Below are positions 9,400 through 19,528 of a stretch of 64,000 nt of DNA, one piece after another (positions within the stretch are counted from its first letter, which is position 1; each line of letters starts with the position of its first letter). Origin of the DNA: an uncultured Bacteriovoracaceae bacterium (GTDB taxonomy: Bacteria > Bdellovibrionota > UBA1018); assembly GCA_964363305.1 (NCBI GenBank), contig CAYIHX010000019.1:2065-66064 (forward strand). The letters are read 5' to 3'. The position numbers and the translations under genes are program-made. A model generated the notes under the pieces. It was not told where the DNA came from and did not search any database. It was given only the letters and a program-made list of their open reading frames with translations.

Positions 9400-10797
9400 T
9401 CAGCCGCCCCCCGCCGCCCGCCGACTCTTATAGCGCTCAAGAGTCGTGGCAATAGAGCGAATCCAGTTCTTTTCCATTTCAGTGAGGACCGAAATTCGTT
9501 TTTGAAGCACGGCCAAACGCGGTCCTTTGAGGTCGGCGGGATCAGCACCCTGGACCGCGCTCTCGAGTCGGCGTAGCTCGTCCTCCGCTTCGGCAAACCG
9601 AAACTGAAACGTCTCGAGCAGCGCTTCGGTGTCGGGTGGGGGAAGTGGGGCCGCCGAACCGACGCCTCCGGCGCGCAGTTCCTTGATGATTTCATCCCGT
9701 TCGCGAATGTTTTGCGTCATCTCCCGGAGCTTCAACGCGGCGTCGTTGAGGGCCTTGCTGGAGCGCTCGTCCGGTCCTGTGGGACGCACGGCAACCGGAG
9801 CGGCACCTCCAAGGGGAAAGGGTTTGGCGAGAGGGTCATTCGTGGGGATGCTTTGAGCCGGGTCGATCCAAAGTGTCCGCACGGCTTGCGGGTGTTGGAC
9901 CGATGGCGCGGATTGAAACAGGGCGCAGGTAATCTCGACGGCGTTGTTTTCGGGCGCCCAGTGGACGCGCAAGAGGTCGGAATACCGGATCAGGAGCTGG
10001 GGCAGCGCAGTAGGTTCGGATGCCTGAGGCCAAAATCGTCGCAGGATCTCGGCCTGGCCGAGGTTCTGGCCGGAGAAGCAGAGACGGAAGACCCAGGCGC
10101 GAGGATCGATTCCCGTTTGAAAGAAGGCCTTGGGGATTTTAGGTGGAAGATTGAAGTCGGACTTTCCGCTGCCCTCGTCGAAGATCATGCTCCACAGGGA
10201 AGAGAGAAGAATACGCGCCGTGGGCAGGCGTTTGACCCATTCTGGTGACTCTCGAACCTCCGGAAGAATCGCGAGCCCGTCGATCCTGGGCCCCAACAGG
10301 GTACCGTTCAGCCAGGTCTCTGCATAGCTTGAAGGGGGCGAGGAAAGGAGCCCGTTGATCCCTGATTTTGAAGACTCGACCCCGGCTGCGCGTACGACCC
10401 TGGCCCACTCTTGAGGATCGAGCTGGGACAGATCGAGCAGAACGACCCGGGGAATGCTCCTCGAGGCGGGAAGATCCTTCCACGCTGTTTTCTCGGCGAG
10501 GTAACCCGCCACGGTCGGACCATGGTTACGCGTGAGACCCAGGTACCCCTCGAGCTTGTTCCACAAGAAATATTTATGCCAGGGCACGAGAACGAGTTGG
10601 AGAGGTTGCTTGTCCGGGTTGCCTCGGGCTTGGGCTAGGCGTGCGATCACTCGCTCTTCAGTCATCTCGCCCGACAAGACTTCGACGGCGCAGTTGCTGC
10701 CTCGTAAGATGCTAACGCCGCGCGCCAGCCCGTGCATTTTATCTCGGGTGAGGCGTTCGTCAGTAATGAGCAAGATACCGAGGGGCTTATGCGCCAA
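9400..10797 (-). CDS. Hypothetical protein with a C-terminal coiled coil
   Basis: Long ORF coupled to the HD-GYP gene; TTG start preceded by AAGGAG. Confidence 0.7.
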   Translation of the reverse strand: MAHKPLGILLITDERLTRDKMHGLARGVSILRGSNCAVEVLSGEMTEERVIARLAQARGNPDKQPLQLVLVPWHKYFLWNKLEGYLGLTRNHGPTVAGYLAEKTAWKDLPASRSIPRVVLLDLSQLDPQEWARVVRAAGVESSKSGINGLLSSPPSSYAETWLNGTLLGPRIDGLAILPEVRESPEWVKRLPTARILLSSLWSMIFDEGSGKSDFNLPPKIPKAFFQTGIDPRAWVFRLCFSGQNLGQAEILRRFWPQASEPTALPQLLIRYSDLLRVHWAPENNAVEITCALFQSAPSVQHPQAVRTLWIDPAQSIPTNDPLAKPFPLGGAAPVAVRPTGPDERSSKALNDAALKLREMTQNIRERDEIIKELRAGGVGSAAPLPPPDTEALLETFQFRFAEAEDELRRLESAVQGADPADLKGPRLAVLQKRISVLTEMEKNWIRSIATTLERYKSRRAAGGG

Positions 10798-10869
10798 GGG
10801 GTTACACTCCTTCGAGCACTTATCGGCAAAGATCACGACAACCTTTCGAATCCTCGCTATGATCGAGTC

Positions 10870-12834
10870 ATGACGGGGACAGGGAAGCGTCAAACGTCGG
10901 TCAGTCTGCGCCGCAGGCTATTGAGCTGGGTAGGGGCACTTGTGCTGCTTTCTCTCTTGGGTTCTGCCTTGAGCGTCTACCGCATTTCCGAGGTGAGTCA
11001 GAATCTCGATCGGATCAATCGTGTTTCGGTCCCGCTTGGGCGTCTGCTCGTGCAGCTGCAGTCGGACGTCGAGGGCTATCGGCGTGAGGTTGAGCGGCGG
11101 GTGGTGATCGCGATGGGGGCGGGTCGCCCTCCGGTTGCTGTCCCTCAGTGGATTGAGGATGTGATCGCCAATGAGTTGGTGCGGGTGCGTGATTTACTGA
11201 CGCGCGATGAGGATCTTCGCCGCGAGGGTTCCTCCGCGCGATGGTTGAAGTGGGAAGAGGAGATCGCTTCGCAGTTCGGTGCTCTCCGGGAAAAAGTACG
11301 CGTGGCCGCGGCTCAAGTCGCGGTCGATGGTCCCGCGCTTCTGGCATCGCTCGATAATTGGACGCGGCAAGTTCAATGGGGCGCGGCTGAGCATGATCGG
11401 ATTGTCCGCGGGCGATTTTCTCGCGCGGAGAATCAGGTGGCCCAACTCAGAACGGGGCTCGAAATCATCCTCGTGGCGGTCGTGGCCCTTTCGCTTTTGA
11501 TTCTCTGGCTCGGGGAAAGGGCGCTTCGTCCGCTCTCTCAGCTTTCGGCGTTGGTGCGCCTGATTTCGGATCGTGGCGTTCGTCGCGAGGATAAGGAGAG
11601 TCTCCCCCGGCTGGCGGCCGGTCGAACCGATGAGATTGGCATCTTGGCTCGGGACTTTCACCAAATGGCCACTGTGTTGCTGGAGCGCGAGAAAGAGGTT
11701 GAGCAGCAGAGCTCACGCCTCGAAGAACAGAATCGACTCCTGCGAGACGCGGGCGAGTTGAATTGGAATATTTTGGCGAGCATTAAGTCCGCGCTGGTCG
11801 TTACGGACGCCCAGGGCGTGATCACCCAGTGCAACCCCGCGGCGGCGACCTGGATGGGTCGGCCCGCGGAGGAGTGCATTGGGGTCGCGGCCGCCGAGTT
11901 GCCCGCTCTTCAGGCGTTCGCTTCTCTTTCGGAGCTCGAGCTTCCCGGCAAGCTTGAGCCAACGCGGAGGGGAGACCGGGTCTTTGGAGGGCGAGTCCAA
12001 CGACTGCGCTCGGGCGGGCGAATCGTCATGATTGATGATTTGACGGACGAGCTCGCCATACAAGATCGATTGCGAGAAGCGGAGAATCTGGCGGCCGTCG
12101 GGCGGATGTCGGCGCAGGTGGCGCATGAGGTTCGGAATCCGTTGCATTCGATCGGTCTGGAGGCCGAGCTGGCGCTGGATTCGATCGGCAAACAGGGCGA
12201 TCCCTCGGTGAAGTCGTCCCTGTTCTCGATTCTGCAATCGGTTGATCGGCTCGAGACGATCACAGAAAATTATTTGCGGCTGTCGAAACTTTCGTCAGGT
12301 CGGCGCGCCGCCGCGGAGCTCTCCCAGGTACTGGAGAGTGTTTTGGCGATGTACGCTCCGGTGTGCGAGTCGCAGGGGCTGGAGGTCGATTGGCGGCAGG
12401 TGGGTCTAGCGGCTCCCTTCGTCGAGGCAGATCGACCGATTCTGGATCAATGTTTGGGAAATTTGATGAGCAATGCTTTGCAGGCACTCTATGAGTTTCA
12501 GCAGTCAGACCGCGCGCCGTCTCAGTTCGTGCCGAGGATTCGTTGGTCCTACGGGGTGGCTGAGAGCGGTCGATCTTGGCTCAAGGTGGAAGACAACGGG
12601 CCCGGGATTCATGCGGATGTTCGGGATCGATTGTTCCAGCCCTTTGTGACTGGACGCGCTCAAGGGACAGGATTGGGTTTGAGCTTCGTGAAAAAGGTCG
12701 TGGAGGATCACGGCGGGCAGATCACCGCGATCGCAAACGGCTCAGATCCCCTTTATCCGGGTGCCTGTTTCGAAATCACATTTCCTTTCTTTGAGTCGGT
12801 TCCAGTGCGCTCGTCCAACGAGGTGGCTCTATGA
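10870..12834 (+). CDS. Sensor histidine kinase (2 TM, HAMP, PAS, HisKA, HATPase)
   Basis: VAHEVRNPL, NLMSNA, DNGPG, GTGLGL. Confidence 0.93.
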   Translation: MTGTGKRQTSVSLRRRLLSWVGALVLLSLLGSALSVYRISEVSQNLDRINRVSVPLGRLLVQLQSDVEGYRREVERRVVIAMGAGRPPVAVPQWIEDVIANELVRVRDLLTRDEDLRREGSSARWLKWEEEIASQFGALREKVRVAAAQVAVDGPALLASLDNWTRQVQWGAAEHDRIVRGRFSRAENQVAQLRTGLEIILVAVVALSLLILWLGERALRPLSQLSALVRLISDRGVRREDKESLPRLAAGRTDEIGILARDFHQMATVLLEREKEVEQQSSRLEEQNRLLRDAGELNWNILASIKSALVVTDAQGVITQCNPAAATWMGRPAEECIGVAAAELPALQAFASLSELELPGKLEPTRRGDRVFGGRVQRLRSGGRIVMIDDLTDELAIQDRLREAENLAAVGRMSAQVAHEVRNPLHSIGLEAELALDSIGKQGDPSVKSSLFSILQSVDRLETITENYLRLSKLSSGRRAAAELSQVLESVLAMYAPVCESQGLEVDWRQVGLAAPFVEADRPILDQCLGNLMSNALQALYEFQQSDRAPSQFVPRIRWSYGVAESGRSWLKVEDNGPGIHADVRDRLFQPFVTGRAQGTGLGLSFVKKVVEDHGGQITAIANGSDPLYPGACFEITFPFFESVPVRSSNEVAL

Positions 12835-14189
12835 GTATTCGGCTTCTGGTCGTGGACGACGATCCGCAGTCCCTGGATTCCACTCGCCGCATTCTTGAGC
12901 ATGCGGGTTACTCGGTGGAGACCGCGGCCGACGGACAGACGGCGCTTGAAAAAGTGCGCTCGGCCTATCCGCCTCAGGTGGTAGTCTCGGACCTTCGAAT
13001 GCCTCGCATGGGCGGGATGGAATTTCTCCGGGCCCTGAGTCTTTGCGGGGAGAAAATTCCGGTGATTTTAATGACCGCTTTCGGGCGTGTCGAGGATGCG
13101 GTCTGGGCGATGAAACTGGGTGCGGTGGATTTTCTGACCAAGCCGTTTCGCAGGCAGGCTCTTCTTGACTCGATTCGAGCGGCGGTGCTCCGCGCCCAGG
13201 TTCAGCCCTCGGGATCTGCTGGGATCGTGTCGGACGATTTGATTGGGGCGAGCGGAGCGATGCGCCGCCTTCGTGAAGAGATCGAGCAAGTGGCGAGAAC
13301 GGATGCGACGGTGTTGGTGACCGGCGAGAGCGGGTCCGGAAAAGAGCGAGTCGCGAGATTGCTTCACGAGCGCGGCCCACGGGCGCGGGGCCCTTGGGTG
13401 GCGATTAACTGCGCGGCTTTGCCGGAGGCACTTCTTGAATCGGAGCTGTTTGGGCACGAGAAAGGCGCCTTTTCCGGAGCGACGCAGCTCAAGTATGGTC
13501 TGTTCGAGGCTGCGCAGGAGGGCACGATCTTTCTCGACGAAATCGGAGACATGCCGTTGAACCTGCAGGTGAAGCTGTTGCGCGCGCTGCAAGAGGGAGA
13601 GATTCGGCGAGTCGGCTCAACCCAGACTCGGCGTTTCAATGCGCGGATCATCGCGGCCACTCATCAGCCGCTCGAGGCGCGGGTGCAGGCCGGATTGTTT
13701 CGGCAGGATTTGCTTTTTCGTCTCGAGGTGATCCGGTTGATGGTTCCGGGCCTGCGTGATCGAAAGGAAGATATCCCGGCCTTGGCGGAGCACTTTCTGC
13801 GCGTGGCCAGCGAGCGGCATCAAAAATCCGTGGTGGGTTTCATGCCGGAAACGATGGCTGCGTTGTTGGCGCATGACTGGCCCGGCAATGTGCGCGAGCT
13901 TTCGAACGCGGTCGAGCGCGCGGTGGTTTTCGCGCAAGATGAGCGAATTCAGGGGGCGGATTTACCCTCCCATATCGCGGGCCGAGCGGGCGCGGAGGGA
14001 ATGACTCCCTCTCCTCATGGCGTGATTGAAGTTCGGCTCGGGACGCCGCTTCGCGAGGTCGAGGACCTTCTGATTCGTCGAACGTTGGAGGCAACAGACG
14101 GGGACAAGAGCATGACCGCTCGCCTTCTGGGCATCAATGAACGAACGATCTATCGTCGAACGGCTGAGGGGTCAGGCTCCAAAAGTTAA
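12831..14189 (+). CDS. Sigma54-dependent response regulator (NtrC family)
   Basis: REC domain; GESGSGKE, ESELFGHEKGAFSGA, WPGNVREL, Fis-type HTH. Confidence 0.95.
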   Translation: MSIRLLVVDDDPQSLDSTRRILEHAGYSVETAADGQTALEKVRSAYPPQVVVSDLRMPRMGGMEFLRALSLCGEKIPVILMTAFGRVEDAVWAMKLGAVDFLTKPFRRQALLDSIRAAVLRAQVQPSGSAGIVSDDLIGASGAMRRLREEIEQVARTDATVLVTGESGSGKERVARLLHERGPRARGPWVAINCAALPEALLESELFGHEKGAFSGATQLKYGLFEAAQEGTIFLDEIGDMPLNLQVKLLRALQEGEIRRVGSTQTRRFNARIIAATHQPLEARVQAGLFRQDLLFRLEVIRLMVPGLRDRKEDIPALAEHFLRVASERHQKSVVGFMPETMAALLAHDWPGNVRELSNAVERAVVFAQDERIQGADLPSHIAGRAGAEGMTPSPHGVIEVRLGTPLREVEDLLIRRTLEATDGDKSMTARLLGINERTIYRRTAEGSGSKS

Positions 14190-14231
14190 GCAATTGTTAA
14201 CCCTCTTAACTTTTGGAGCCTGACCCCTCAG
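14164..14231. repeat. 27-bp perfect inverted repeat (REP-like hairpin)
   Basis: CTGAGGGGTCAGGCTCCAAAAGTTAAG (14164-14190), 14-nt loop, exact reverse complement at 14205-14231. Confidence 0.95.
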
Positions 14232-14306
14232 TTTGCGTGATTCATCCAAAGCTGCTAAAGTTTATATATATTAACAAAGTTCATAAAACAGAACTTTGGA
14301 GGGCTT

Positions 14307-15527
14307 ATGGATCGCACACTGACCGACTCGCGTTTTCAGCAGATCTCGGATCTCACGAAGCTAGGGATCGCCGCCTTGGGAATTCTTTCGGGCCTGACCG
14401 GTTGCGAAATCTCCGAAGAGGCGCAGCAGGACCTGCTAGCCGCATTGAGCCGTCCGCCTTCAGGTGATTACAGCGGCGTTCCCGGAGGAGGCCCGACCCC
14501 GCAATGCTTCGGTGAGCGTTATATGCAGGCGGACGCAGCAGTGACTCGCAAGCTCGACCTCTTGTTCGTCATCGATACATCCGGCTCATTGAGCGACGAG
14601 CGCTCAGCCGTGTCAGCGGGAATCGATGCTTTTGTCGGTCAGCTCCCGGCGGATGTCGACTTTCGAATCAGCGTGATGCTCGCGCACGGAGACACTTCCG
14701 CTTACCACGGCCGACTTTATAGTGCGTCAGGGCGTCCGAAAGTGCTCGATTCCCAGGCAAGGACTCTGACTCAGATTCGTTCCGACCTGCGCGCCAACTT
14801 GACCCAGATCCGTACCGATGCAGGAACTGACGGCGGCGAGGCGATGCTCTATTCCCTCACCCAGGGTTTGCAGGGGCAACTCCTGGCTGACTCTCAGGCC
14901 CTTGGTTTCTTTCGGGCAGACGCTGCGCTCGCGGTGGTGCTCCTTTCGGACGAGCAGGATATCTGTGCGGAGTTTCCGGAGGGTGTGACTCCCGTCCCTG
15001 ATGCGCAGAATAGCGAGGTTCCTGCCAAGGCACGAATATGCGCGGGCATTACGCCTGAGTCGGTGCATGCGCTCGTCAAGAAAGTGAAGAATGGGATGCC
15101 CTACCTCTTCTCCAGTATCATCTACTCGAATCCGGAAACCTATGTTGCCAGCGGCGAGAATGAGATCGGCTACGGTTTGCTTGAACTGACCCGGAACACG
15201 GGCGGCGTACTGATTGATATCGCAAGCGGCGAATACAGTCAGGGCCTCTCCGAGGCCGGTCGCCTGGCAACGGTCAAGCTCGACTTGCTTGCGGATTTCA
15301 CGCTTGCTCGCAGAGAGATCGACCCTGCATCGCTTCGGGTGTGGGTCGATGGTCTGGTTGCGGGATTCGCCTACTCGGCGAATACGAACGAAGTGCACGT
15401 CAATGATCCGGGGATAGCCCGGTCCGTCGTCGACATCCATTACTGCTTGCAACCGCAGTCCGTTCCACCTACGCAGCCGGCGCCATGCATTGGCTTGGGC
15501 TGTGGCGGCGGCGCGCTTGGAATCTAA
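14307..15527 (+). CDS. vWA-domain lipoprotein
   Basis: Lipobox LTGC; LDLLFVIDTSGS MIDAS; LSDEQD. Confidence 0.82.
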   Translation: MDRTLTDSRFQQISDLTKLGIAALGILSGLTGCEISEEAQQDLLAALSRPPSGDYSGVPGGGPTPQCFGERYMQADAAVTRKLDLLFVIDTSGSLSDERSAVSAGIDAFVGQLPADVDFRISVMLAHGDTSAYHGRLYSASGRPKVLDSQARTLTQIRSDLRANLTQIRTDAGTDGGEAMLYSLTQGLQGQLLADSQALGFFRADAALAVVLLSDEQDICAEFPEGVTPVPDAQNSEVPAKARICAGITPESVHALVKKVKNGMPYLFSSIIYSNPETYVASGENEIGYGLLELTRNTGGVLIDIASGEYSQGLSEAGRLATVKLDLLADFTLARREIDPASLRVWVDGLVAGFAYSANTNEVHVNDPGIARSVVDIHYCLQPQSVPPTQPAPCIGLGCGGGALGI

Positions 15528-15561
15528 AGCGAGCGAAGCATGTTTCGCCGAGGAGTGACCC

Positions 15562-17232
15562 ATGAGCCCGAGAGTTCTTATCTATTGCCTGCCGTCTCTC
15601 CTTGTTTCGGCCTGCACGGAGCAACTTCCGGGTTCTTTCCGGCTGGCGCAGCAGGAGCAGATTTTCTCGACGACGCAGGATGTGAATACCAAGATTGACC
15701 TCCTGTGGGTGGTCGACAACTCGGCCAGCATGGACGTCACGCAGGGCAAGCTGCGGGCCGGGTTCTCCAGCTTTGCGACCAAGTACATGAAGCCGACTTG
15801 GGATATTCGTGTCGCCGTCATCACCACGGACGTGTATATGGCGCATCCGGCCTTCAATGCCTATCGGGCCACCGTGATCTCGGGATCAGTCGGCTACGCG
15901 TCTCCTCATATCGTGAGTCGGCTCGCGACCTGGGTGAATCCCTCCTGGAGCTCCTCGCTGGTCAACACTTCGACCGGCGTCTTCACGGCCGGCGTAAAGT
16001 TCGGAGAGCTGATCCCTTCCTGGGGGCCGAGCTTTGCCCTTCTCTTGCCCGGTATTCATGACGGTCCTATTGCGGCACTTTGTTCGGAGATCATGCCTTA
16101 CTTTCTGGACGGTCCCACTCAGTGCGCGGTTCGAGACGATCAAACCCGTGCCACGGGAACTTCGAAGTGCCTCAGTCCCGGCGTCGGAGAAAGTGCGATT
16201 TCAGAATGCGTCAATACCGTTGAGAACGATACGGTACACTCCGGGAAGGCCATCCTGGAGACCATGCCGCCGACGGGTGTAGCAGGCGACGCGGCTTGGA
16301 CGCAGGCCCTGATTAGAGACTTTATGATCGATGTGACAACGGGAAGCGCCGGGCAGGGGAGTGAGCGCGGCCTCGGTTCCGTGCTGCAGCTTTTGCGGGA
16401 TAACGAGTCGAGCGCGACGGCTTTTTTTCGGCCGGGTTCTTTGCGCGGACTGATCTTCGTCTCCGATGAAGAAGATCAGACGTTGAGCATTCCTGCTGCG
16501 CCCGGCGCTGGCTTCACTCCACAGACGGGTTACGGCTGCGATCAGGTTTCGATCGCGGCGTTGAACCCGACTCAGTCGGCGCTGACTGCTCCAGGCGGTC
16601 TTTGCTGCGGTGACGGGTCTTGCCGCTATGGCGGCGAGGGGACTTCGTGTCCGCTCAAGACAGTCGACGGTTACGGATATCGAGTTTCGATTTGTCCGCG
16701 GGCGGATCAGCTGGTCGCCGTTGCTGACGTGAGGGCCGAGCTCGGCGCTTTTTTCGCTGCCCTCGACGGCGTTGATGAGCCGAGCTACTTCGTTGCTTCG
16801 ATTGTTCCGACGACGGCCCAGGCGATTCAAGATTTGCAGACCCTGCGCGACGCGGATGACGTGACCATTGCCGGGCGGCGGACTCATGCCGTGGATCGCG
16901 GTGACCGCTACATTGAGCTTGGAAATTTGGTGGGGAATGGTTCGCTTGCGCTCGACATTTCCGTGAACGACTATTCACCGATTTTAGATGCCATCGGGCG
17001 GTCGATTCTGGCTCGGAAGGCGAGCTTTAAGTTGGCACGAAAACCGACCGGAACCGAGGACATGATCATCAAGGTGCTTCACTTGGATGGCAGCGAGACG
17101 ATCGTGCCGAGCAGTATCGTGGTCGTGAACGGGAGTACGATCCAGATCATGGATCTCGATTTTGTTCTTGGCTTGGCCTCGACCGATCGGATCTCGATCA
17201 ACTATCAGCCTAAATCCTTGCTGGATCGGTAG
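15562..17232 (+). CDS. vWA-domain Cys-rich lipoprotein
   Basis: Lipobox VSAC; IDLLWVVDNSAS MIDAS; GSERGL, VSDEED. Confidence 0.82.
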   Translation: MSPRVLIYCLPSLLVSACTEQLPGSFRLAQQEQIFSTTQDVNTKIDLLWVVDNSASMDVTQGKLRAGFSSFATKYMKPTWDIRVAVITTDVYMAHPAFNAYRATVISGSVGYASPHIVSRLATWVNPSWSSSLVNTSTGVFTAGVKFGELIPSWGPSFALLLPGIHDGPIAALCSEIMPYFLDGPTQCAVRDDQTRATGTSKCLSPGVGESAISECVNTVENDTVHSGKAILETMPPTGVAGDAAWTQALIRDFMIDVTTGSAGQGSERGLGSVLQLLRDNESSATAFFRPGSLRGLIFVSDEEDQTLSIPAAPGAGFTPQTGYGCDQVSIAALNPTQSALTAPGGLCCGDGSCRYGGEGTSCPLKTVDGYGYRVSICPRADQLVAVADVRAELGAFFAALDGVDEPSYFVASIVPTTAQAIQDLQTLRDADDVTIAGRRTHAVDRGDRYIELGNLVGNGSLALDISVNDYSPILDAIGRSILARKASFKLARKPTGTEDMIIKVLHLDGSETIVPSSIVVVNGSTIQIMDLDFVLGLASTDRISINYQPKSLLDR

Positions 17233-17249
17233 GGGGATTTTTTCCGGAG

Positions 17250-18107
17250 TCAGCGCGTTCCGATTCCGTAATAGCCGTCGATGAATTTGTACCCGTCCGT
17301 CTCGGGAACTCGGTACATCGTATATCCGGTCCCGAAGATATGAGGAACGATCGTGATCGTGGACTTAAGGAAGCCATGGAAGCGAATGCCGGAGCTGAGG
17401 GGTTCCGGCGTGCGCCAGTCGCGGACCGCGCCCCCGGGATTATTGATCGCGAGCAGCGGCCGGTGATCTCTGACGAGGTAACCTTGAAGAGCGACGACGT
17501 GCCCTCCTTTACGGGAGAAGGTGATGATCTTTTGACCGAGGATCCGTTTCACTTTTTTCACGTAGTGGCCATAGGCGATGCTTTGGGCGTAACCGTCTCG
17601 AATATATTTCATGAAGTCACTGGTCGAGGCGCGGGGCCATGCGATCTCCCCCATGCTCTTCCCCGCGTCGTGCCCACGAACGCTGAGCCCCCGAGCGATC
17701 TCACCGAAGGCGAGCGCCGCTGGGATGTGGAGAGTGCCCTCCTTGGGAGATGTGAGAAATTTTCGAGAGAGGGCTCGCACGCGACCGGTCCAATCTTCGG
17801 GGAGGTACTCGCGAGCGGCCCAGCCCGCGACGACGAGTTCAGGGTCGCCATGGTTGATCACGGCGTCGACCGACATGACGCCTGAGGTGGGCGCGCACAG
17901 CATGCTTCGCTCTCCGCCGTTGGGGAGCCAATCGTCATGCTCGGGATCGATGGCCTCGTCGTCCTGATTGAGCAGCGGCATGCGAGTGAAGGCACAACCC
18001 AGCGTCGGCTCCCCGCAGTCCGGACCGCCCGCGAGCGCCTGGACGGAAAAGGAGGCGGTAAAAGTCGCGATTAGAACATAATTTATATTTAGTGATAATT
18101 TCATCAT
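17250..18107 (-). CDS. Secreted papain-like (C39-like) peptidase
   Basis: Signal peptide; PLLNQ, LCAPTS, GGHVVALQGY, INNP. Confidence 0.65.
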   Translation of the reverse strand: MMKLSLNINYVLIATFTASFSVQALAGGPDCGEPTLGCAFTRMPLLNQDDEAIDPEHDDWLPNGGERSMLCAPTSGVMSVDAVINHGDPELVVAGWAAREYLPEDWTGRVRALSRKFLTSPKEGTLHIPAALAFGEIARGLSVRGHDAGKSMGEIAWPRASTSDFMKYIRDGYAQSIAYGHYVKKVKRILGQKIITFSRKGGHVVALQGYLVRDHRPLLAINNPGGAVRDWRTPEPLSSGIRFHGFLKSTITIVPHIFGTGYTMYRVPETDGYKFIDGYYGIGTR

Positions 18108-18164
18108 GCATCCCCTTCCATCCGATCGGGTTTCCTGTGAAAATCATGTAGCGGAGCGTGGACA

Positions 18165-18923
18165 TTGTCGAGAATGCGTCAGTTCATTGCCGGAGTGATT
18201 TTTGCGGGGATCGCGGCCATTTATGGTTACTGGAGTCGTCCGCTTGAGCCGCTTCATGAGCCGGTGGAGGTTCTGCGCGGGATCGCTTCTCAGACGACGG
18301 TGGCCCGGGTACCGACCGCTGGGAAGAAGCTTGATGCGCCGGGTGGGCGCGTTCTTCGCACGCCCGTGGAGGGCGTCGAGTTTTGGCGGGCTGCGATCGC
18401 ATCAGGGGTTACGGCCGGGTCGGCTGCGGATATGCTCTATTACGAACGGTTGATTCTGGAGCAGGCGGCACGCGAGCCGAAGGGTTCTTTGGCGGGGTTG
18501 CGAGAGGTTTTTGACACGCTCTCTGGCGAAGCGCATGCGGCCGAACGAGCCGCAATCCTGATGTTCGCGATGCAGATCGAGAACGGGCCTTTGGCTTTCC
18601 GAGATTTGGCTCTGCGGGAGATGGCTGACTCAGTTTCGGCCGTGAATGACGACGCGCCGGTCGACGAGAAGCTCACCACTCGCGAGGCCGAAGCGGCGCC
18701 GTTGGCCGCTCATGCGCTGTTTTTGGCGGGATGTGACTCGGTTCGTGAGGCCGTCGAGGGGACGGTAGAGGCGTTGAAGCATCAACCCTCCGGGTTTGTG
18801 CGCGGGGGGATTTTTCAGCAGCTTCGCGAGCTGAAGCCGGAGGCTTGGAATCCCCTGGGGCAGGCGCTCGTCGATCATGGCTATCGCGAGCTCGTCGCCA
18901 CCTGGAGAGGAATGTCCGGATGA
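18165..18923 (+). CDS. Membrane-anchored helical hypothetical protein
   Basis: N-terminal TM; ATGA-coupled to the next gene. Confidence 0.65.
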   Translation: MSRMRQFIAGVIFAGIAAIYGYWSRPLEPLHEPVEVLRGIASQTTVARVPTAGKKLDAPGGRVLRTPVEGVEFWRAAIASGVTAGSAADMLYYERLILEQAAREPKGSLAGLREVFDTLSGEAHAAERAAILMFAMQIENGPLAFRDLALREMADSVSAVNDDAPVDEKLTTREAEAAPLAAHALFLAGCDSVREAVEGTVEALKHQPSGFVRGGIFQQLRELKPEAWNPLGQALVDHGYRELVATWRGMSG

Positions 18924-19483
18924 TTCGCTTTGGGGTGATTCTGGCGCTGATTTCAGGCGTGGCCTTTTGGCTGGGGCGGAATTGGGGAGAAGCGCAGGTT
19001 GCGCGGACACCGGCTTTGTCGCAGGACCATGCGCCTTCGGAGACAGAGAAAGTGACTTCGTGGATTCAGTCTCCTCCCGCTCCGGGATCGGAGGTGGACC
19101 GCGACCGCAGGGCTTTTCTTGTAAACCTCGGTCGAGATCCGGAGCGAGGTCTTGAGACGGTGAAAAACATGGCTGGAGAGTTCTTAGCTCAAGGCCGCGA
19201 GAGCGAGGCGCGGCACGTGCTGCAGTGGGTTCGGCACACGCGGGAGGCGCCAGACTCTTATCGATATTTGGCTGAGCAAGCCCGCCGCGCGATGGCGCGA
19301 GACGCGGCTGGCGTCGAGGCCGGGATTTTGACGGCGATGAGTTTAGTCGAGCTACTCGACGACCTTGGCTATCGAGCGGAAGATCGCCGCCAGCTGCTGG
19401 TAGACCTGGTCAGTCGCGCGAAAAACGCGGAAGATCGCCGACTCCTTGCGTTGCGTTTGGGGCGGGCAGTGGCATCCGAATAG
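18920..19483 (+). CDS. Membrane-anchored hypothetical protein
   Basis: MIRFGVILALISGVAFW TM; ATGA overlap. Confidence 0.65.
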   Translation: MIRFGVILALISGVAFWLGRNWGEAQVARTPALSQDHAPSETEKVTSWIQSPPAPGSEVDRDRRAFLVNLGRDPERGLETVKNMAGEFLAQGRESEARHVLQWVRHTREAPDSYRYLAEQARRAMARDAAGVEAGILTAMSLVELLDDLGYRAEDRRQLLVDLVSRAKNAEDRRLLALRLGRAVASE

Positions 19484-19528
19484 TTACCCATGTATTGTAG
19501 AAGAAATTGTTCACAGGAGGTGAGCCTG

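Noticed and set aside
13460-13480. GAFSGA instead of GAFTGA in the response regulator
   Set aside because: A conservative single change; not enough to claim sigma54 independence
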